DNA from: Leidyana gryllorum EB-2025a
Lineage: Eukaryota; Protista; Apicomplexa
Length of the DNA: 64,000 bases
Direction: 5' to 3'
Assembly: GCA_048772705.1 (NCBI GenBank)
Contig: JBLWGC010000104.1
Span: 1,054,001-1,118,000, forward strand
Part shown: positions 46,160 to 60,100 of the stretch, piece by piece
Layout: the number at the start of each line of letters is the position of its first letter
Numbering within the stretch: position 1 is the first letter of the stretch
The notes under the pieces: generated by a model
Told to the model about the DNA's origin: nothing
The model's database searches: none
What the model saw: only the letters and a program-made list of their open reading frames with translations
Position numbers and translations under genes: made by a program

Positions 46160-49141
46160 ATGCTGGTCGCTTGCTTGGTGATACTGATCGTGGGGTGCTA
46201 TTTCCATTACGACTTCTTCGGCTGTGTAGGAACCAACTTTTATCACAAACAGGGATTTGTTGTTACTGGATCTCCCGTTGGTCGCGACGCTTGGAAGGCC
46301 TTCCTCTCAGAGTAAACCTTAGTAAGACGAGTACAACGTATCCCAACTGTCTTTGCAGGTGCCAATACGCACCTCGACGGTTTTTCCCGACCCCCTATGC
46401 GGTTTTCGCTTGGGCTCAGGCATTCCTATACAGAAACTTATGTACTGTCTACGACGTAATCGCGGCTTTCCGCCTCACTTTCCGCCAGAACAGAGGTCGA
46501 TACATCAAGCCCCAAGAGCTGTCTCCTGAAGACTTTGTCCTCGCCGCAGACCAGGCTATCTGGTTCAACTATGACCATTTCGAATTGGGAGCACCCCACA
46601 TCCAAGCACGCATACGAGTGCCATATCTTACGCCTGCGGCCTTTGGACATGGTCGATTATGGCGTTTCTATCTGAAATCTGCTCGTCAGTCCCGATTCAA
46701 GTTCACATTCAAAACTCCCTGTACTTGGGTGTGCGCTTTGGTCACTGGCTCGATCCACATCTCCAGAGTGATCTCAAATGCGATGACTGAGTGGCTCAAG
46801 TATGTGAACGAACCAGCTGTTGCGATACAAAGTACCAACACTCGACCGCGGGGTCTATTGATTGCATCCTCGCACTCTCGTTTGATGACCAGACATAGAT
46901 GGAGACGCCGACAGGCTAACAGAGCGGCGAGAGCGTCCGGTTTCGCCAAGACTCAGGGGTCAGATACCACCACCAATGCCTTCCGACAGGATAGTAGTGT
47001 GGAGACTATGGTACCCAATGATCAGATGGGCAGTCCACACACTGCAGGCAGTCGAGCTTCCCCGAGACTCCCGCAGCCAGTCTGGTCGTCATCGCTCAAC
47101 GTTTTGTCAGCTCGTCGCAGGAGAAACAAGCGTCTGTATGGTTCACCTTTGTCCCAGGTTGTCAGAGCTGGCAAAAGGCCGGAGAGCATCCGTCGGAACA
47201 CTTGGATACGTCTGGCGGCCTCTCTGAGATGCAAGTACCAAGCTAACCCGTTGTCTCTTGATCGAGGCTGGAAGCAGTTGACCGATATGAGTGTGGGGGT
47301 GGTGATATTAGTGTTGCCGCTTTGGCTCTCGGCCAATTCGCTCATCACTCGCCTGTATGTCGATGATATGGTTCAGCGATACGGCTTCTCCGTCATCATA
47401 TTGGACGCCAGTCAAATTCGCCGTATGCGGGCGAGCCACTTTTGCTTACCACCGCAAGCGATGAGTCCAAGAGCCACCAGAGTGGTTAGCAGTCGAGGAC
47501 TGGAAGGTAATCCCGTGAGCTATCCGACTGGAGGACCGCCGATGTCGTCCTTCAATGTCGATAAGGCTATCTCTCGAAGGCCAACCGATACTATTTTGGA
47601 AAGCAGCCGCTCCTTTGTTCGGAACGCGTTCACATCATCGAGTTTGATGCCCAATGCACCCGATAAATGGGCAGTTGGGGCTCTCATCAACAAGTCGTTG
47701 TCTCACTCGAATACTCAGGGCAGTCTACCAGCAGCTTCCACAACCCTTCCGGAGGCAACAAAAGGTGGTCGAAAGGCCAATGAGATGGGCGCTAAACGGC
47801 TGATGAAGACAGCTCGCCAAATCGTGTGGAGGGGGAAGAAAGATGCATCTGTCAATTCACCAGAACCTGTGGTGGCGAGTCCGGTTCTTGGCCCCGTAGA
47901 GTCAGCTACAGGTAGTGAATCTGTGGCAGCAAGTGGACCGAATTTGCAACATCAAATCCCTCCACCAACAAGCAACATCTCCTACTCACCGAGGCATCAG
48001 AGACGGAAAAGCCCGAAATATCTGGAAGACATCACTATCATCGATCAGGTTGAGGCCCTACGAGTAAGTACACTGCCCCATATTGCGACTTCAAGAGTCC
48101 TCGTTATAGGTGTTGTTGGGGCGGGTTGCCACCAAGCTACCAGCACATGGTGCTCTCCACGTGGTTGCACTGTCTTATGGATGCACAGCCGCAGCTGCTG
48201 CATTGAGCGAATGTACTGCAGAAATTGCGGCTTTCGTCGATCGGCGCGAAGTTCGGAAACCCAAAGCACCCGCGTCCACCAACAAATCGCAATTGTCGCC
48301 CTACAGATTGGCAGTGGACAAACTGAATAACTTTCTGAATCGGTGAGCGGCGAGACGCGAGTCGAATGATAGATCTCTCATTGTTTCAGTCGGCGAGAGG
48401 GGCAAAAGAGTCACGTGGAAGCTATTCGACGCAGTGTCTGCCCGATGCCCACGGCGGAGGTCATTGCAGTCCGCAACGCACTCAAGTCGGTGGTGATGAT
48501 ATCACCGGTGGCCTGTCTCCCTCGTTCACTGGTCAGTCTGGTGACGGAGACGAACGAACTCACAGCCAAGCGTTTGCTGGAGAGCACACGGTCGAAGGTG
48601 TCCCGTAGTTTCCGCTTGCTGAAGCCCAAACCCGAGGATGCAGCTCGTGCTCTCTTGTTACGGTATCCGCTGGGTTATTTGGATCAGCGGATGTACAGTG
48701 TCCTGACGGGTGCCTGTCCTGTGAAGGCCACTACGCGTCGGGCGGTGACAAAAGCACTCAGCTATTGGAGTCTGAGTCGTTTTCTCCCCCAAGTCGCGGT
48801 CCCATGTATTGTGACGACTTCACGTGACGACCCGATTGTCCCGTTCAGCTCGTTGCCGATTCCGCGAAGCATCAAGTAAGTTTGCGAGACTTTTGAGAGA
48901 CAATTTGTCTGGTCGTAGTGAAAATCCGTTTGTGCTGTTTGCCGTCTTGGAGAGAGGGGGGCACGGGTTGTTCCTCACAGGTGAGGATTGCGAGGAGATA
49001 GAGGTGTTGACACAGTTAGCAGGTATTAATGGTCGCCCGTGGACGGGGCCCTTTGCGTGTGATTTCATGGAAGCTGCACGAAAAGTTCCTGCAGGGTTTC
49101 CAGTTCTTGGGTACCAAAGATACATGGGTGTGATCCCTTAG
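46160..49141 (+). CDS. ABHD1-3/YheT-like alpha/beta hydrolase with N-terminal signal anchor and large insertions (multi-exon)
   Basis: MLVACLVILIVG anchor; FFPTPY; nucleophile elbow VVALSYG; VPCIVTTSRDDPIVP (Asp); ENPFVLFAVLERGGHGLF (His). Confidence 0.75.
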
Positions 49142-49174
49142 AAAGTGACTGAATTTTGTTTCTGAAAGATTGGA

Positions 49175-52100
49175 ATGTACTCCACCGCAGCCGAATACAC
49201 TCGGGTATACCCGACTACGCAGGGCGCGGCTGCTGCAGCTCCGGTGGGCCGATCGCCGACGCCAACAGCTGGCGGATGGCACCGAACAGCGCAAACGCCC
49301 CCACGAACTGTTTATCAACAAGCCCCAATCACTGCCGCCGGCAATGCAAAGGTAGTTGATGCCTATTATGAGCAGTCTCGCTATTCGGCCGTCAAGACCA
49401 TTCCGACGGCCATACCGGCTCCCGCTCCTCACCCAACACCGGCTACAATGGCTCACATACCTTCTCGACCGCCACAAACAGTCGATGCCTATCGTCCACA
49501 ATATATACCACATGAACCAGTCTCGCCTCCACCCGAGGAGTACGTGAGAACTCAAAGTATGCACAAAGCAAATGCGCCGCAAAGCGACTATGCTGCTGGC
49601 GCCCCCCCACAAGACTACCGACATCCACATCCTCCTGCCCCGGACTATTACGATCGACCAGGGACACGTGACTACCCACCTCCAACAGGCGATCACCGGG
49701 ATTATCCTCCCCCTCCAGCAGGCGAGCGTCGCGAGTATCCTCCCCCGGCGCCCAGCGACAGGCGAGACTATCCTCCTCCTCCTCCAAGTCGAGACTACGC
49801 TCCAGCCCCAACCAGAGACTATCCACCTCCCAGTCGAGGAGAGTACGTGCCACCCCCGCCAGGGCGGGACTACCCACCGCCTCCGCGGGACTATTTGCCG
49901 CCCAGGGACTATCCGCCTGCAGCGGCTGACTACCCACCCGAGCATCAACACGCACCTCCTCCGGTCCCCAGCGAATGCAACTCTGACTTTGACAGATTCC
50001 TGGACCAAATTCGAGTGCAATTTGAAGCCTGGTTCATGCAGCAGCCAAGTCGGACAGCGGCAATCAGCACCTTCAGAGTGATGCTCGCTGAACATGAGTG
50101 AGTCGACAGCAGTATGCTTTGACGTTTTTTGCTTCAGAGCGAGTGGTGGACAGCGAGCTGCGACACCAAGCCGGCGGGCTGTGACTCCCAGTCGCCGGCC
50201 GGTCACACCCAACCGTCGGTCCGTCACCCCCATCTACAGAGCGGCGACTCCGACTAAGTTCCCTGCAAACCAGCAGCAGCCCCAGCACGATACGGCTCCC
50301 TCCACAGGCAGACCGGAGACCCCGCGTACACATAGGGCTCAGCGAGGTTAGTGCTTGGACTCAAAAAATCGACTTTTTGCCATGCGTACCGGTCCCAGCT
50401 ATCAACACAGGGATGCCTACTACGCTCCCCCGCAGCCCGGTTACGACCCTCACTATGTTGCCTCCGAAACCGCCCCGCCGCCGGCAAAATACCAACCCCA
50501 AGTCAGTGCCTAACTTTACACCGCAGGTCCACATGTTTTATTGCTATAGGCCAGGCAACCACCTCCGCCTCCGCGTACTGTACCGCAAGCACCCCCGACA
50601 GCAGGATTGAGGGATCGAAGCAACGAATACGAACAACCGGACAGATATGCCGAGTACGAGAACTTCAAGCGCTTTGTTGATGCCCAGCTGTATGAGTGGT
50701 TCACTACCCACTCCTCGGCAGCGTCCGCTGCAGCTGCTTTGGCTGTCATGATGGAGCAGGATTTGGAAGAACTCGGAGAATTGGAAGGGGACTATTCTGG
50801 CTATTCTCCCGCTCAACCACCTGTATACAGAGCACCGCCGACCCCTGACAGGAACTTACGCGCTCACAACCGCCCACCACCACCACCCGAGGACCACGTC
50901 GCCCCACCTCACCACCGTCGTCGACCGTCTGTGGCACGACCTGATGGAGCTGTTAAGAACCTCCATGCCACCGGGAGCCCGGCGCGGGCTCCGCGTGAGT
51001 CCAAGCGACCTGTCATGTCTCCAGAGACTGCCTCGCCGCCACCTTCTCCTTCGCCCCACTCGAGTCCTCCATCTGCGCAGAGGCAACCACAAAGTCCTCC
51101 ACGTGAACCCAGAACGATGCGACCCATCACCCCACCCCCTGGACCTCCTCCAACAACTCTACAGGGTGTGAACGAGGCCAACAAGCGAACGATGGAACTC
51201 ATGGCTGAAGCGGTGAATGACATCAAGCGGCATACGACGCCCAGTCGCACTCCTCCGGCTGGCGCAGACTTGACACCAGTCATGTCTGCCCAGCCTGATC
51301 CTAACTTCTCCGGAGCTTCCACCCCACCCAAAGAAGCTCCTCCAGCACCCCCCAAGCAGACGCCGCCTGAGGAGACGAAGCCGCCCGTAGAGGAAGAGGG
51401 AGTGAAGTTGGTGTGTAAGTTCACACAGAAGTCGCCAGAGGGCAGTCGGACATTAAGTGTGATGCACCACACCAAGAGCGGACTGCCATTTTATTCGTGT
51501 GACGACGTGTATCTGTCTGACGAATTGGACACTATGAAGAACAACTTTAGCCACATCGTTTTTGATGTCGGGAGTCATCAGGTGAGACCAGAATTCGGTT
51601 GTGTATGATGAGGTGGGATGTCTCAGGTGTCGAAGATCTTTGAGGTGGACGAGGGCACAGTGACGATGTGTGCGATGTATGATCGACTCAACGATGTTTC
51701 GGTCACCGGGATGCAAAAGGAAGTGGGTGAGCCAGGCGCGATGGAAACAATGTTGCGTCAACAACTGCGAGTGATGGCATATGCCTGCAACTTGGACGTT
51801 CCCCAAGTTATGTATGCCATCATTGAGAAAATTGCATGGTCACCTACAAGAACGAGACGTGTGTACAGCTCCCTCACGGCTGACGTGACATATTGGGGGT
51901 TCATATCGTTTGATGGTAAGTCTGACTCCAGTCATCAGTGATGGATTCAACGGCATCGTTGTCTGGTGCGAGACCACGATACGTAATTTGTCTAACACTT
52001 TGTGTTTCGTCTACAGCATTCCCAATGGTGACTCTAGCGGTCAACGACATGAATATTAAGCTAACTCCCGGCCGGATGGTATGCATCCCGGACATTCAGG

Positions 52101-52186
52101 ACGAGAATGGTTGGGACTTCTGGCTGAACGAGGATGTGAAGGACGAGGGAGTCACTTATGTAGTCATTTTAGGCTTTCAAGTATAG
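49175..52186 (+). CDS. Multi-exon proline-rich protein: RDYPPPP repeats, TPxRR repeats, C-terminal globular domain
   Basis: ORFs 49175-50101, 50094-50351, 50607-51608, 51618-51941 and 51938-52186 can be joined by GT-AG introns. Confidence 0.6.
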
Positions 52187-52327
52187 ACACACAGCTCTCA
52201 GAGAAGTCAAATAGCGAGAGGCAATTGGAGAGTGGCTGGTAGAGAGACATGAGGGTTTCAGGAAGTTTCTTAACGAGTGGGTTTTTAGGCTTTCAAATAT
52301 TTCTGTGGATCAGCCACAAGTGTCACA

Positions 52328-55095
52328 ATGTGCGGTGGTTCTACAACTCAAAGTCAGAAGGTTATTTATCGCAAAGACTACAAGAGGCCCACCTATCTGA
52401 TTGATGAGGTCGAGTTGAATCTCATTTTGGACCCAGAGACCACCATAGTTAAGAGCAAACTCGTTGTCCGTGCCAATGTAGAGGAACGCAAAGGCGAGAT
52501 TGGTGACCTGATACTGGACGGAGAGGCTATTGAGCTCGTTTCATTGAAGATAGATGGACAAAATGTTGACGAGAACAAGTATTACAAAGTTTGCACAGAA
52601 ACGAATACCTTGACTTTGGGGCAATCGGTGCTCCCAGCCGAACAGGGCAAGCCCTTCGTGTTGGAAGTGGAGAACAAATGTTTCCCTCGCAAGAACCTGG
52701 AACTCTCTGGACTATATGTTAGTGGCGACTTGTTGTGTACCCAATGCGAAGCTGAAGGGTTCCGTCGGATCACATATTTCCTGGATCGCCCAGATGTCAT
52801 GGCCAAGTACCAAGTTCGTGTCGAGGCCTGCAAGAAGGAGTACCCAGTCTTACTATCAAACGGCGACAAAATCAATACTGAGGATTTGGGCGAGAGGCAT
52901 GCTGCTACCTTTGTGGACCCTTTCCCGAAACCGTCCTACCTGTTCGCCATAGTCGCAGGCAAGCTGTCACACCTTCACGATACCTTCACCACCATGTCGC
53001 TGCCGAACAGTCCCTCACGCAAGGTTGACCTGTTCGTGTATGCGGACGAGAAGTACATGAAGCAGTGTGAATTTGCTCTGCAGGTTCTGAAAGCCTCGAT
53101 GAAGTGGGACGAGGATACGTATGGCCGCCAATACGACCTCAACACTTTCAGTATGGTTTGCATCGAAGACTTCAACGCAGGAGCCATGGAGAACAAGTCT
53201 CTCACCACGTACAATGTCTCTAGTGTGTTGGCTCACAAGGACACTTCGACTGACGCTCGTTTCGAGCGCGTCGCTACCACCATCTCCCACGAGTACTTCC
53301 ACAACTGGTCTGGAAACCGTGTTACTGTTCGTGATTGGTTCCAAGTCACGCTCAAAGAGGGCTTCACAAACTTCCGTGAAACCGAATTCTCAGAGGATCA
53401 CTACTCGAGGGCTGCAAAACGTATCGAGATGGTCCAAATGCTGCGCAGCCGCCAGTTCCCCGAAGATTGTGGACCGATGAGCCACTGCATCCGTCCGGAA
53501 AGCTATGTCTCCATCGACAATTTCTACACTATGACAGTGTACGAGAAAGGGTCTGAGGTCATCAGGATGATGAAGATTTTGGTTGGTGCGGAGGGCTTCC
53601 GCAGAGGAACAGATCTTTACTTTGACCGCTACGACGGCAAAGCGATCAGCTGTGACGAGTTCCGTACTGCCATCGCAGAGGCCAACGGACGCGATTTCAC
53701 CCAATTTGAGCGCTGGTATAAACAGCGTGGTACACCCCATTTGGTTGTCAAAAACCATCAGTGGGACGAGAAGACCAAGCAATACAGTATTACTCTCAAG
53801 CAGATTGTGCCACCCAACGCCTTGGAAGACGGAACACCGGAGGCGTACCACATGCCAATCCTGTGTGGACTCATTGGCCGCAAGTCCATGAAGGAGGTGG
53901 CACCAAGCCGTTGTCTTGAGCTCACAGACTGGGAGCAAACCTTCACTTTTGAAAATATAGAGGAGGACGTTGTTCCTTCCCTTCTTCGCGATTTCTCTGC
54001 ACCGGTTATTCTCGAGCGGTTCCAATCCCTTGATGATCTTGCATTCCTGATGGCCTATGACACCGACCCGTTCAACATCTGGGAGGCTGGACAGAGCATC
54101 TTCAAGCACGTCATCATCGACCGTGCCACCCAAATTGCAAAGGGCACTCTCAATCCCGCCAGTCCCCCACCTCTACCCGAGGTCGTCATCCGTGGTGTTA
54201 GGGAGATGCTTAAGAACAGAACTGGAGACTATGAATTCGTGGCTTCCGGTTTGCTGCTACCCGACGTTTCTACTCTCGAAGTCGAAATGAAGCCTGTGGC
54301 TGATCCGATCGCACTCTTTCATGCTCGTCGGACCATCCGCACACAGCTGCGGGAGGCAATGGAGGACGAGTTCCAGAGCATCTTCGACAAGCTCTATAGC
54401 ATCAGCAAGAGCACTCCATGGAATTGCGAGAAGGAGGGAATCGCTCGAAGAGCCCTTCAGAATCGCTGTCTTGGCTATCTGTGCGCTGTGCCTGAGGAGA
54501 GACACAAGGGAGTCGGCGCAATGCTGGCCAAATACTACCGCGAGGCCGACAACTACAATGACAAGGCTCAAGCTTTCCGCGAGATCATGGCACTGCAGTG
54601 CCCGGAACACGACCAGCTCATCGCCGAACATTATGAAGTTTGCAAGAACGACATCTCTATGCTGGACAACTGGTTTGCCCTTCAGTCTCTGCAAACTGGG
54701 CCTGCCACGTTGGATCGTATCCGAAAGTTGACCGAGCACCCGGCTTACAAAGGAAACACGAACCCTAACAGGTTCCGATCTGTATGCTGGACTGTTACCT
54801 CCAATCCTTTGGCTTTCCACGACGCAAGCGGACAAGGGTACATGTTCGTTGCCTCCGAGACGGCTCGCTTCGACAAAATCAATTCTTACAACGCCGCCCT
54901 GGTAGCCAAGACCCTTGTGATGTTCCAAAAGTAAGTCACCAATATGCAACTATATTCAATACCTCCAACAGTTATTCCCCTGAGAGACAGCAACAGATGG
55001 TGAAAGCTCTCGAGTATATGAAAACTCAAGACTTGAGCAAAAACACGCTCGAAGTCGTACAGCGGGGCTTGGACGCATACGCCAAGAGTGCTTAG
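52328..55095 (+). CDS. pepN: M1 family alanyl aminopeptidase N (intron 54931-54971)
   Basis: TQCEAEGFRRITY, GAMENK, HEYFHNWSGNRVT, LKEG, NFYTMTVYEKG, NPNRFRS. Confidence 0.97.
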
Positions 55096-55306
55096 AGATG
55101 TATGATCTGTGGTCACAAATGTTCCCAACGACCTCTAAAACTGTTTCGAATGTTCCAAGCCATTCCTAGTCAAATCGTGGACAATCTGATCCATCGCCCA
55201 GAGAAAGTTTGAGGTCTCGACAGTCACTGGTGGAGAGCTGCTTGCGGTACCCGCCCTTTATATCTCATGGCGAGTCGCTTGAGACGCCACACTCTCCAGT
55301 AGCTCC

Positions 55307-56376
55307 CTACTTAGTTTTCGAAAAAGTGAGAGTCGGCTCCACAAACCGCTCCATTCCCAAACTCCAACCTTCCTCGTCATTGGATGCAGTCACCACTCGG
55401 GCACAGTCTTTCACTTTGACCGCGGCCTGCTGCATGGCGATCGAGAAGGGGGCTTCGGCCAGCATTTCCATGTCATTTTCGCCATCCCCGATGGCAACAA
55501 AAGTCTTGGAATCCAACGATGGATACGCCTTTGTCAGCTCCTTGAGTGCTTGAGATTTCCCCCCTTGTATGCTGAAGGTCGATACCATTGGGGGTCCAGG
55601 ACACAAGAACTTCAGCTTGCTCTGTGCCTTTTTCTGAACCTCTTGATCAGCACTGAGAAACTCCTGTAAATCTGCCGCTATGCTGAAGTCAGCAAGGATT
55701 GCGGAAGTCAAGAAAAACTTGTGCTCCTCAAGATTGCATCTGGGGTCGGTGAAGCGCATATTCAACGCTTCGCAGTGTTGTTCATTCCATTTGGCCTGAT
55801 AGGCATCCCAGAACTTGAGAAATTGGACTTAAAGCATCCCGACGTGTCACTCACCTCGTTACCAAAATCAACCTTCCCGCAATGACGATTCTGAGCCATG
55901 ATGACCATTTTGGTCGGGATACCTCTCGCGTTTCGGTCGTCCAGCCATCTATAGCACGCTTGATAGAAGGTACGGATAGCTCCAAAGTCGATTACATCCT
56001 CAAACAGGACATCCTCCTCATTTTCTCCGTAAGCCAATGCGCCATTTGCATAAATGCCTGGAAAGTATTTGAAGTCGGTTGCCGCGAACTCGGGTGCTGT
56101 GTCTTCCAGAACAGCTCTCGCGCCCGACAATCTGTCAAGCCAAGCAGATTATAACAACATCTGATACACTCACGTCCTTCCAGTGCAAGGCACGATTCTT
56201 AGGCCTTTCTTTTGCAGCCTCTTGTAAGTATCTTGAGTTTTCTGACTTACAGCATGGTGGGCGTCGAAAAAAGTGCCATCCAAATCTGTGGCAACCCAGG
56301 TCACTGCAAAAGGTGGAAGAAGTTGAGATGAAGGTCCCGCAGAGGTGGTACTTTGTGTAGCTGGAGCTGTTATCAT
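55307..56376 (-). CDS. Cof-type HAD-IIB phosphatase (multi-exon)
   Basis: WVATDLDGTF, PCTGR, IYANGAL, KSQALKEL, AIGDGENDMEML, SNDEEG. Confidence 0.9.
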
Positions 56377-56478
56377 CCGTCTGCTAATTTTGGTTTGTTT
56401 GGGCTGTTTGGCGCATGTGGGAGAGGACCGTTGCAAGCTATATGCCTTTCAGTGTGCAAGGTGACGAACGAATCACGA

Positions 56479-56490
56479 CACACACGTGTG
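56479..56490. promoter_or_regulatory. Palindromic CACACGTGTG between the divergent HAD and GAPDH genes (candidate cis-element)
   Basis: The same CACACG core lies upstream of enolase copies 1, 2 and 4. Confidence 0.45.
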
Positions 56491-56577
56491 GTGTTCTGGC
56501 CGATGGAGTCCAGAAACGCCATGAAAGCTCGTTTCAGAAGACACGACATCTTGCGACATTTCCTATTTCGACAATAA

Positions 56578-57633
<1,056 letters not shown>

Positions 57634-58344
57634 ATGTAGTTAGGAACCATCTTACATTGCAATTTGATCCCGTTGTACCTCTATATTAACCATAATCATC
57701 TAAAAGTACATCAAAGGAGCCAATCAGTGACAAAAAATGGGTGCAGTTGCCCCCCCCCATGAGCGCGCGCGAAAGACATGATTCTGTCGATGCTGGCTAC
57801 GATGGGAAGTCTACTGTGAAGTGCGATGTTTTGGCTGTTTACACTGAATACACGCTACCAGTGGGCTACTGACGAAGTTATGGTTGCACCCATATCTAAG
57901 ATTCGTCCCTATTTGAATCGTCCATCGAGACCGGGTCTCAATCAGTCTCGTTCTTCCCAGTAGGGCCTCGAAAATATGTGACGTCGCCCTGCCATCTTGG
58001 GAGGTGGACCGCTGTCCATTGAAGTGATTTATTGCCCTGTCTCGTTGGACAACGAGCGGGGATGTGCCCCGGTTGCTGGTACCCGTGACAGATTTCTCTC
58101 GGTTCATACAAAAACAAGTCTTAGGGTGATGTGCTGCCCAACCTTCGCGGACAGCATAGGGCACTGCACGTTGAACTCATGGATTATGTGCAGCGAGACA
58201 GAAACAGCGCACACACAAAACCCACGATCATAAAACTTTTTTCTTACAGTCCAAAGTATTGTCTTTCTACAGCCTATCACCATCTCGCCTTTTACTAGAT
58301 GGTGCGGTGGAAAGTCAACGTTCTGGCTTGATTTTTGGAGGGCT

Positions 58345-59860
58345 TCATGCCTGACAAAGCGGTCCTACTGGGACCGCCTTTGCTCTACATGTTTTATCAG
58401 CATTGGTATCATACAAGCCGCATATGCGGCCAAGTATCGGAGGCGAGTGGTTTTTCGGTTTGGCATCCTGGGAGGACCTGAAAAGGGGTGTCTTCCGGCG
58501 GCGGCGATGTGGAGACCGACGACGAGGATCAGAACACGAGCCTGACATTTGCGCTTTCTGCGGGACGCCCCAGAGTCAGCCTCCAGCCAAGGAGAGATCA
58601 GGAAGGCAATAGTATTCTGCAGGTATACGATAGTTCCATCGTGTCGGTCACGAAGGCCAAATGAGCAAATGAGTTCTTCTCAAGTCGAACAGATTGGCGT
58701 TAAGACAATCAAGCGCAAGCAGACGATGAAGATGGTCGCGCACAAAGATAGGATCCGTCATCAATCTCAACAAGTCGCTTTTCCAAAGCCCGGCGTGGGC
58801 TGAATAAGACGCGGAGTACTCAATATACACAGAGAGCGGGTTGAGTTCCTTTCTACTGTGGGAGTACGCTGATGTTGTTATGTCCTTTGGACCAAATCAG
58901 ACGGAACCCAAGGTGTTCTCACAGGTACGTGGGATTCCCGCCGTCCCGTAAGTCGCCCACGACCGAAACTTCCTTCCGCGCACTCCACAACCGTCGTCCT
59001 GGGGTGATTCAGCTCCAGGTGCAGACGAGAGAGTGAGGGAGCTTGACGCTTGGAGTCATTTCCTTTGGCTGCGATGTCGCGCCACGCGAGGTATGAAGAT
59101 AATTTTGCCGAACGAGTCGGCGTCTCCCGCCCTCTTCTGACTTGGTGTGCCCTTCTCATGTGGTGCGTGACACCCCTCCATGACTGCACCGGTCCGCTAT
59201 GTGGTTTCTGGCCTTGAGGCGCCAGCACTGAAATAAAGAGAATCTCAGACCTCGACAGCGTGCTCTCAACCGAGCGGCTCGGGCCGCGTTGCATTGATTG
59301 AAGGCTTCTCGGGTGTGACGAATGTAATTCCTTATCAAAAAGCCGTGTCCAAACCGCCACTTTTGGAACCTCACACCCTCTGGTGACACTCTCATCAAAG
59401 CGTTGGTCCGAAAAGAGGGATCTTGTATGGCAGAGATTAGCAGTGTTTCTAGGTCAGACAGTACTACTGTTCACCTATACTCAGAGCGGAGGCGGAGACG
59501 GAGACGTGAGAGGTGACGATGGTGACTAGAGCGACAATTTTCTACCTTCAGAGGTGGGTGTGGGCTCACTCGACTTCTCGCCGGTACACCTCAGCTAACA
59601 GCGAGTTGCGGGAAGTCGGGGGGCTCATCCGAGTGGCTTTGATTACGCAGTCTTGGGCTTTCCGAGCGACTCGTACCACTGCTGCTCACCCTTATCATAA
59701 AGCTACTGACCTCCTGTTTGCACTATTAAGTGCTCTGGGTTGGGCCTCCCGTGGGACCGCGCGTATGTCCCAACGGGGGGGTGCGGATGTAACTGAGTGT
59801 CGGGTGGGGATCTGGCTATGCCTCTGTGGTCTATAAAAGTCATCTAGATTCCAATTCCAA
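58345..59860 (-). CDS. Possible multi-exon basic protein with (F/L)xxWR repeats (Sfi1-like?); model uncertain
   Basis: Minus-strand segments RFQKWRF, LFQCWRL and SYLAWRD; plausible splice sites but no coherent full model. Confidence 0.25.
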
Positions 59861-60100
59861 TAGTTTCAGCTTGGGGTAATCGGGCTTTGCAGGGTGTCTC
59901 CCCGAGATATACAATCGATCTGTTGTTCATTAACTACCATCGAATTGACAAGAGGGAAGAAGAGATCTATGATCTTTAGCTATGTCATCCTTCGAAAAAG
60001 TCATCGTTGTTAGTTGGGGATGAAGAGTTTTTGTAAAGGCTCAATCACGTAGTCTATTCGCAGGTGTGTAATGACAAATCAGTTGATGTCAGATATAGCA

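Noticed and set aside
46099-46360. ORF-track start at 46099 for the hydrolase
   Set aside because: It overlaps the divergent gene. ATG 46160 in another frame gives a signal anchor and splices into the main frame.
57700-58340. Short ORFs downstream of GAPDH
   Set aside because: No recognisable motifs or consistent exon structure; treated as intergenic or unresolved.
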